A program made the position numbers and the translations under genes. A stretch of 64,000 nucleotides of DNA from Spongospora subterranea f. sp. subterranea (lineage: Eukaryota), in contig JAUGWO010000048.1 of assembly GCA_049724395.1 (NCBI GenBank), positions 1 to 64,000 on the forward strand, written 5' to 3'. The notes below the pieces were generated by a model. The model had not been told where the DNA came from. It saw nothing but the letters and a program-made list of their open reading frames with translations, and did no database searches. Every line of letters starts with the position of its first letter. The stretch's first letter is position 1. This document shows positions 55,787-64,000 of the stretch, one piece after another.

Positions 55787-55979
55787 ATACACGAACCACT
55801 TCCATTACCCTAATCAAAACAACAACATTTTTGAGCCAATTCTCCACACAAAGCCGTGTCTGGGAGTATTGAATGATCGCGTGCCCCGGCCCGTTCTCAC
55901 CTCGGTTGCCCAGCTTGTACTGGCCCCATGCCCAACACTCCATACACGATCAGGAGCTGATCTTGAGTCTGGCGACACG

Positions 55980-57650
55980 ATGAGGGAAGTGATCAACGTC
56001 CATGTTGGGCAATGCGGCGTTCAGGTGGGCAACGCGTGCTGGGAGCTGTTCGCCCTGGAGCACGGGATCGGCCCGGACGGGATGGTCAGCGAGCAGCACG
56101 ATCCGCTCGGCGAATGGAACACGATCTTCTCGGAGACGGAGACCGGGAAACGGATCCCGCGATCGTTGATGGTTGATCTGGAGCCGGGCGTCTGTGATCA
56201 GATTCAACACGGGCCGTATCGCCATCTGTTCCACCCTGACCAGATCATCACGGGACGACAGGACGCCGCCAGTAACTTCGCCAGAGGGTTTCACATGTCG
56301 TCCGAGGTGTTCGACGAGACCGACGACCGATTACGGAAAATGGTGGAGAATTGCAGCTCGTTGCAGGGGTTCATTGTGTTCCAATCGCTTGGCGGCGGAA
56401 CCGGAAGTGGCCTGGGAGCACGTTTGCAGAGGAAGGTCGCCGAACAGTTCACGAAGAAGAGCAAGATTCAGGTGGGGGTCTTTCCCTCTGAACTTTCGGC
56501 AACGGCTACGGTTGAACCCTATAATGCGATATTGAGCACACATTCGATGATGGAGTCGGCTGACGTCACGTTCCTAGCTGATAATGATTCTCTCTATGAT
56601 CTCGCATCAAGGAATCTTCATATTGAAAGGTGACACACATTTGCGGTGGACACTCTCGCCCAGTTTTTTTGAGAACTTGTTCAACCAACTGATGGGTCTT
56701 TCCGACTGCTTGACGATTCAATGACTGAATTTCTTTTCACGTGTTCACACTTAATAGGCCAACTTACACGAATCTCAATCGAATCCTGGCGCAAGTTGTG
56801 TCGTCAATGACGGTACTGTTTTGTCCACTTTTCAAGAATCCGAATATCTAACGACCGCTCTGATTCGTCCAACGCTCCTCTTAGGCGTCGGTTCGATTCG
56901 AAGGAGCTCTCAATCTGCATCTGAGCGATTTCCAGACGAATCTGGTCCCGTATCCGCGATTGCACTTCCCGATCATGTCGTTTGCCCCAATGGTCTCTGC
57001 ACAGATCGCCTACAATGAGAAGATGACCGTTGCCCAGATAACCAATTCCGCCTTCGACCCGCCCAACCAAATGGTAAGAGGGCAGCGTCACCTTTCCTCT
57101 GAACTTGACGGTTGACGATGAATGGCGACAGATTCGCTGCGATCCCGGTAAAGGGAAGTACTTATCGTGCTGTCTAATGTATAAAGGGGATGTGGTTCCG
57201 AAAGACGTCAACGCATCCATAGCGCAGATCAAGAACAAGAAGTCGATACATTTCGTCGATTGGTAAATCACATTTTTCGAAATTTGTGTCCCGAAGTGCC
57301 CGATGAAATGTGCAGTATTGAACGGTTGATCTGTTTCCAGGTGCCCAACTGGATTCAAAGTTGGAATCAACAGCCAGATTCCAGTTTCGGTCGATAATGA
57401 TGATCTGGCTCATATTCAGAGGTCGGTGCTGTCGATGGCCAACACCACCGCCATATCGCAGCCGCTGGCCAAGGTCGACCGCAAGTTCGACATGATGTTC
57501 GGGAAGAGGGCGTTCGTGCACTGGTACGTGGGGGAGGGGCTGGAGGAAGGCGAGTTCATCAACGCACGGGAAGATCTGGCCACTCTCGAGCATGATTATG
57601 CACAATATGCACAAGAAGATGCCGCTGAGCAAGACCAGGAATATGACTAG
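55980..57650 (+). CDS. Divergent alpha-tubulin paralogue
   Basis: [51 protein letters not shown] and [11 protein letters not shown]. Four introns. Confidence 0.93.
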
Positions 57651-58553
57651 GATGAGGTTTTTAGAATCAATTCTTCAGGTTCTGCCAATCTTTTTTCACG
57701 GTTTCCAATAAGAAACACATAGACACTGTTTTCGCAAGAATTCGCCACCTGTCTTCACTTGTTGTTCCATAATTCTTCTTGAGTCGATAGAACTTGAACG
57801 ATTCCAGGCATAGATAGGGCCAAGGGGCAAAAAGAGTCATCAGCTTTATACTAGGGCGAGCGGCCATATATATATATATGTTGAATTGTCAGGAGTCCGT
57901 GGCGGTGTCCGAAATCGATCAGGTGATGTCCTGGCCATTCTGCGAACGAATAGGTTTGCAAGACGTTTTGTGTTGGGCGATGCCACTATCCCTGATGGAT
58001 GAGGTGCCCATCTTGCACCGTCAAGTGTGTAAGTTGTGATCAATAATCGCCAGTGCACCTCCGTTTGTCGTTATGATTCCAACCTTGCTCATTCCTGAAA
58101 TATTCTCATGATGAACAAAACAATTTTCGATTAGTCTATATGAACGATTAGGAAATTTCTATACTTGATGATCTATCGTTTTATAAGAGTTCTAATATTA
58201 CCCGTCTTTCAGGATAAATGATTGAACTGAACGTATGTAATTGCTTGACGTGCTGTATAATAATCCAGCTACCAACTTTAAGGTAATCGGTGTTTACAAC
58301 ATTTCTTTGTTTACTATTATTTGGCGCTATGATTTATTTCAATATATGTAAGACTGCTGAATCATTTTTGAAGCAAGTGTATGGTCTGAGCTCACCATAT
58401 CAATATTTGTGCCATATCCTCTGTCTAATCTGATTGGTTGCTCATGGTTTCTGATTGCAGGTTCCAACCGGTTTCGAAATCGTCAAAGTGATATTGTAGT
58501 GTTAGATAGTACTCGGATATAGTTCGATGTTTTGTTCTGCTTCCTAATTCATA

Positions 58554-60757
58554 CTCCCTCCGTTCAACAATGATAGTCCGATTCCTATACAGTACTAGGT
58601 GTAAGTTCTGTATCTGGCCTTTCGTTGTCGAAACGAACTTTGAAAAATCGCGAAAAAAGGCACCATGGTCAGGCCTATTGGAAGTAAAGGGCATGCAAAT
58701 CAAAATTCAACACCGGACGACCCTATTGTATTACGAATTTAGAAAATCTCTCGCCTTGTCAATTGCGTCTGGATCACATATTATGGAAACTGGAAGATCA
58801 TTTTGTGACCGTAACTTGTCTTTTCCAATATGGGCAACCGCATAGTTATTTCCACCCTCGACTCTCATTGCACATTCCATCGCTTTCTGTAAAGAAAGAA
58901 GACATTGCCCAGCTTTTCAGGTGGCATGTCGTCGAAAGACTTTTGTACTGCTGAAAAATAAGCTCGTCGATGCTTCTTGGGGCCTCCACACATTCTCTGT
59001 GATCATTTTCACGTATACTGGCCTGGTGACTTCAATTGGCTTTGTGACATGTTGCCTTTTCCGCGATTCTTCGAATTTCGTTTCGCGGGCTCCTGAACAA
59101 CGAAAGGCCAGATACCGATCTTACCGTCGAACTGCTTTTTGGTGTGAGGGTCGTGCCGAGGCCTCGCAACTGCTGCCAGAAACATCACCTTGGCAATAAA
59201 TCGCTTGCTTTTGACCGATCGATGTGGAACATCTTCTGGCAAGAGATAGTAATTTCTTTGGTTTTGGTCATATAAAACCACTTCTCATCACATTTATATA
59301 TTTACCGCTCCCATTACCATGCCAGGAGACGCCCAACCACCAAACCTTTCCAACAATTACCAATGAAGTTATAAACGGTATACTACAGGCTCTGCTAAGA
59401 CGACCTACGCACAACACACTTTAAAAGGGGGCAGTGTCCGATACAGCAGTCGCTTTTGGGCTTTCAACGAAGACGATTTCACGGATCTGGCACCGAGCCA
59501 AACAATGCTTTGAGAATGGACAACAGTTTGCCGACGTTAGCTCTAAAATCAAAGAAAAATCGGGTCGAAAACCGAAGTGCCGTGAGGAAATGAGTCAAAA
59601 GATCGCTGAGGTTCCACTCAGGCGTCGGGGGACGATCAGAGGGCTTTCATTTGCAACAGGAATTCCTGTAGGGACTCTGTTCAATATAATGAAAGAAAAG
59701 GGCCTCAAACGTGTTACATGTTCAGTAAAGCCGTTACTGACAGAAGAGAACAAACGGCAAAGGCTTCGATTTGCTCTATCAATGCTCTGTAATGAATCGA
59801 CTGTTTTCCAGTCGATGTATGATTACGTTCATATTGATGAGAAGTGGTTTTATATGACCAAAACCAAAGCAATTACTATCTCTTGCCAGAAAAAGATGTT
59901 CCACATCGATCGGTCAAAAGCAAGCGATTTATTGCCAAAACGAAAGTTTCTGGCAGCAGTTGCGAGGCCTCGGCACGACCCTCACACCAAAGAGCAGTTC
60001 GACGGTAAGATCTGTAATTGAAGTCACCAGGCCAGTATACGTGAAATGATTACAGAGAATGTGATTGAGGCTATTAAAAACAAGTGGCCTATTGGAAGTA
60101 AAAACATGCAAATCAGAATTCAACAGGACAATGCTCGACCGCATGCAAGTATTAACGATCAAGCAATTGTTGACGCTGGCACGTCAAATGGATGGAATAT
60201 TGTCTTGACATGCCAGCCTCCCAATAGTCCTGACTTTGATGTCTTGGACCTGGGTTTTTTAATGCCATTCAAGCCTTGCAGCACCAGGAGGCCCCAAGAA
60301 GCATCGAGGAACTTATTTCAGCAGTACAAAAGTCTTTCGACGACATGCCACCTGAAAAGCTGGACAATGTCTTCTTTCTTTACAGAAAGCGATGGAATGT
60401 GCAATGAGAGTCGAGGGTGGAAATAACTATGCGGTTGCCCATATTGGAAAAGACAAGTTACGGTCACAAAATGCTCTTCCAGTTTCCATAATATGTAATC
60501 CAGACGCAATTGACAAGGCGAGAGATTTTCTAAATTCGTAATACAATAGGTCGTCCGGTGTTGAATTTTGATTTGCATGCCCTTTACTTCCAATAGGCCT
60601 GACCATGGCGCCTTTTTTCGCGATTTTTCAAAGTTCGTTTCGCCGGCTCCTGGACAACGAAAGGCCAGATACCGATCTTACACCTATTACTGTACATAGG
60701 AATCGGACTATCATTGTTGAACAAAAAAATCCGCGAATCATTGTTGAACGGAGGGAG
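58554..60757 (+). mobile_element. DD39D mariner derivative with Stowaway-type termini and long inverted arms
   Basis: TA|CTCCCTCCGTTCAACAATGAT at the left end and ATCATTGTTGAACGGAGGGAG|TA at the right. Frameshifted transposase at about 59319-60510 with HIDEKWF, QQDNARPH and NSPDFDVLD (39 residues between the second and third D). Confidence 0.95.
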
Positions 60758-60759
60758 TA

Positions 60760-60958
60760 ACAAACTACTGAATCTATCCTTGTCAGCCAAAATCGCCCTG
60801 AAAAGTTCTGCTTTAAGGTCGAACCCTGATTTCACACCGATGACAGGGTCCAAGGCCAGCGCGTGATAGAAGCAACTTCCATCTCCGGGAACATCAAAAA
60901 ATCTCAGGGAAAGAGACTCTGATTTGCCAAAAACAGCAAAGTCGAAAACATTTTCCAT
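60760..60958 (-). pseudogene. OTU-like cysteine protease fragment cut by the mariner insertion
   Basis: FFDVPGDGSCFYHALA, with the frame running directly into the mariner TIR. Confidence 0.65.
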
Positions 60959-61633
60959 GGCAAAGGTGGCAGGAGGTAACCTTCAATGATGGCCTTCTTG
61001 TTTAATCGCGGACTTTCGGAGCTGCTGCGGGATTTGGACTGCGAGACAAAAACCCATTCAATTTGGGAAGTATCTTAGGACAAAAATCGAGAATTTTGGT
61101 CAAATTTGAGCAAGTCGAGGTTGTTTTTTTGCTCATCGTTAGTAGACTGGTACCATATCCATGCGTACACTCCGCTCAGTGTATTCATGGTAGTGTACGC
61201 ATCAAGGACATCCGTTGTCAATTGTTATTTACAACCTAATATTCCATAATTTTTGTCAATTTATCCGGGACAAGGTTGGTGGGAAAGTACAAAGGACACC
61301 AATTTATGCGAATTTTCGATTGACTTATCGTGTCCTCAACGGTATGTTGAAATTACTGTTGAGTCGTCGAGCTGCGGGCATGACGATGATGATGTCGCTC
61401 GGCGGAGCTTAATGACGGGGAGGGCTGTCTGGCCGGACTTTCCAGCCACTGTCTTACAGTGACCAATTGCTGGATCAACGAGGGGGGGGGAGGGCAATCT
61501 GGCAATCATCCGCTGAATAAACTTCATTTCTTAAATTGATCAACTCTTCTCATATAGTTCAGAATACCCGCGTTGATGGCCGACCACGACCTCAAGCAAA
61601 CGGAACTGCCACCTTCTTCTCACAATATATATA

Positions 61634-62780
61634 TTAACGTTCAGTGCTGTCCATCCGTCCTGGGACAAACTCGTAGAAAAAGTCAGTTGTTATTATGGAG
61701 AAATTATTAATGTATTCTAGCGGAGCCTCTTCCAGGTCGTGAAGGCTTTGAAAATTGCACTTCCGATTGAGCTGAAACGGCTGATATCTTCTCAGCACTG
61801 CTGAACAAAGAATCACCGAAGTCGGATTTAGCCGACACCTGTATCGACTGAAAGACGATGTTTTCAGCCGATAGTAACTCCGATAGATTACGCTTGAAAG
61901 TCGAGTACGCCATTTTCAAAACGCGGTTCGATGTCTGCAATAAGATCAGTACAAGCGCAATTCAATGTGGACTTGAATCCATACTTCTGGAGAATAGTGC
62001 ACTATAAGATTTCCAGCATTTACGCGCGCAATAATAATGAATCGGGGTTCGTTGTCCGGAACGTTTTGTTTCAACGCTTCAACAGATACCGCGCTGAGCA
62101 CAGAAGCGACACGAAACGATTCCTGGCGAGAGTAAACATTTGAAAACGGATGTGTGACAAAATGAACCTGTTTGTCATCCAACGCAATGACAACGCCTGG
62201 TATTTCGCCGGATCGAAAGGAATTCAATGCCGCAGCGATTGACGAATTGTTTTCCAGATTCATTAATGGAAGCGCGTTCATTCGTACGGCAGATGGCTGC
62301 GACTCTCTACAAACAGCCTCTATTTTCTAAGCGCTGCGTTTTCAAACATAGGGACATGAATTTAGCTGACAGTCAAACCTTCTCATCATGTGTCATAACA
62401 GCTGACGCCAAATCGTTTCGAAGATGGTTTCGAAGTTCTTCGACGTTTACATCGTTCAATTCAGATACGTGCCAGTCTATCAGAGAAATACCAGTTAGAA
62501 CTTGATCGGCGTTGATGATATACCATCATGGCAAAACCTGGTAAGAAACTACTTGCTCCTAAACCCACTTTAATTGAGGCACGGGATGAGGCAAACAGCT
62601 GGTGGCGGAAGCAATGTTAGTCAAGATTATCTGTTGATTTTCTCAGTGGATTAACTATACCATCCTTGAATCGACTGAAGCCGTATCGGGGGTCCAGGCC
62701 ATGATCAGCCAGAGGGCACTTGCTCGTCGAATAAGAATAATGGCTGGATCTGTATCTGCCAATCTTGATCGAATATCAGG
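61634..62780 (-). pseudogene. Unidentified spliced gene or pseudogene fragments
   Basis: Consecutive minus-strand ORFs (61946..62281, 61707..61940, 61634..61816) with protein-like composition. No recognised motif. Confidence 0.3.
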
Positions 62781-63237
62781 GACGAGGTTTTCGTCACCCT
62801 AAATGCATTGAGTTAATTGCACTACAGCAGAGAAAGTCAACGTCGTTTGCTCATTATTTTGCGTTTTTTAGGTGACACCACAAAAATTACGATTGTCGAC
62901 AATTTTGTGGTTTGGACTTGAAAAAGCGGTTTCACAGATAACATTTTCGTTTTGAAGGCCGAAAAGATTTACCGTGAACTATTTGGATTCAAGTTGCAAC
63001 GAACTAGCACCGCTATTCAATAATACTCTATAGGTTTAACGGACCTGGTGCGGAAACGTTCCCTTGAGCCTAAATTCTCCATTTGCTATATTGACATGAA
63101 TAGCCATAACCTGTCCATCATTGAAGGCGTGTCTGACTTCATCGTGTAAAGTAGTCCCGCTTTGATTCATTCTCAGCCTGATAATACCGATTTGATAAGT
63201 ATTTACATACACAAACACTTTAAACCTTTTTAGGTGC

Positions 63238-63472
63238 CGGCACGTGCGCGGCCTGCTGGATGGCGGCATGTGCGTGGACTGCTGGATGACGGCACGTGCG
63301 TGGACTGTTGGATGACGGCACGTGCGTGGACTGCTGGATGGCGGCATGTGCGTGGACTGCTGGATGACGACACTTGCGCGGACTGCTGGATGACGGCACG
63401 TGCGCGGACTGCTGAATCACCTGAATTACGGCATGGGTGTGGACTGACGACACTTGCTCGGACTGCTGGATG
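63238..63472. repeat. 26-bp GC-rich minisatellite, about 7 units plus a degenerate tail
   Basis: GCTGGATG[AG]CGGCA[CT]GTGCG[TC]GGACT at 63255, 63281, 63307, 63333, 63359 and 63385, with partial units on each side. Confidence 0.93.
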
Positions 63473-64000
63473 TGCTTGGAGCCTTGGACAAGTGTAAATC
63501 CAGAATCTCCAAGGTGATACCTGATTCTCATGTCGTGACGATAACATTCGATCATCAGCATCAAATTTGATTATTTACGGATGGACAGGGTCTGTACTGG
63601 CATTTCGACTCCAAAGACTTCTTTTAAACCAGAGCGATGGAACAGCACACAACATGTGCATTGAGGAGGCCGAGAATCACTGTGAATGAATCTCGCCATC
63701 TGCAGTCTTATCTCCTTGACACAGGCCAGTTGAACTCTGCATATTCAAGTCAGCAATAACGCTGTTGATAAACAAAGCCCACAGGCCCAACCCCATCGCC
63801 CAAGGCTGAGTCCTTACCCAAAAGTGTTCAAATGGTCAACTGCACAATCCAATTGGTCCAACAAACCTCTCGCTGTCTGTACTCATTTTCTTCTAAAACT
63901 AAGAAATGAACGATATTCGCACCTGCGATATCATGTGAAATACTGACGGGCAATGACTTCCTCAAAACCAGATTCAGATTTGTGTTGTTTTTGTCGTGAG

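Noticed and set aside
55572..55979. N-terminal extension of tubulin or AK7-tubulin fusion
   Set aside because: The ORF starts at a non-ATG codon in a different frame inside AK7. AK7 has its own stop at 55786, and tubulin has the canonical MRE start at 55980.

Overview
Gene-dense eukaryotic nuclear DNA with many short (about 55-65 nt) mostly GT-AG introns. The axonemal kinase AK7 points to a flagellated or zoosporic protist; a plasmodiophorid-like parasite is plausible but cannot be confirmed from sequence alone. A core of about 22 spliced genes (8.7-57.7 kb) includes FAM50/XAP5, CDC123, a PPPDE-PUL protein, ABCE1, TOM22, SMG1, AK6, mS34, LMBR1-like, a bZIP, a polyamine/amino-acid transporter, COQ8, BMT5-like, HAUS4, AK7 and an alpha-tubulin. 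It is bracketed by transposon-rich ends containing DD39D mariner, Crypton-like and Harbinger-like relics and minisatellites. The main leads are: (1) an intact, apparently mitochondrial ornithine carbamoyltransferase homologue that has lost most substrate-binding residues; (2) a divergent alpha-tubulin with substitutions at both GTPase-activating positions (D251H, E254D), directly downstream of HAUS4 and AK7; (3) several independent foldback structures in or near transposon sequence, including a 2.2-kb mariner whose two arms carry complementary deletions; (4) a secreted modular CX3C-X5-CX3C protein; (5) an ORF with three copies of an unrecognised Cys/His/Trp domain. All calls come from motif recognition by eye, and some gene ends are approximate.
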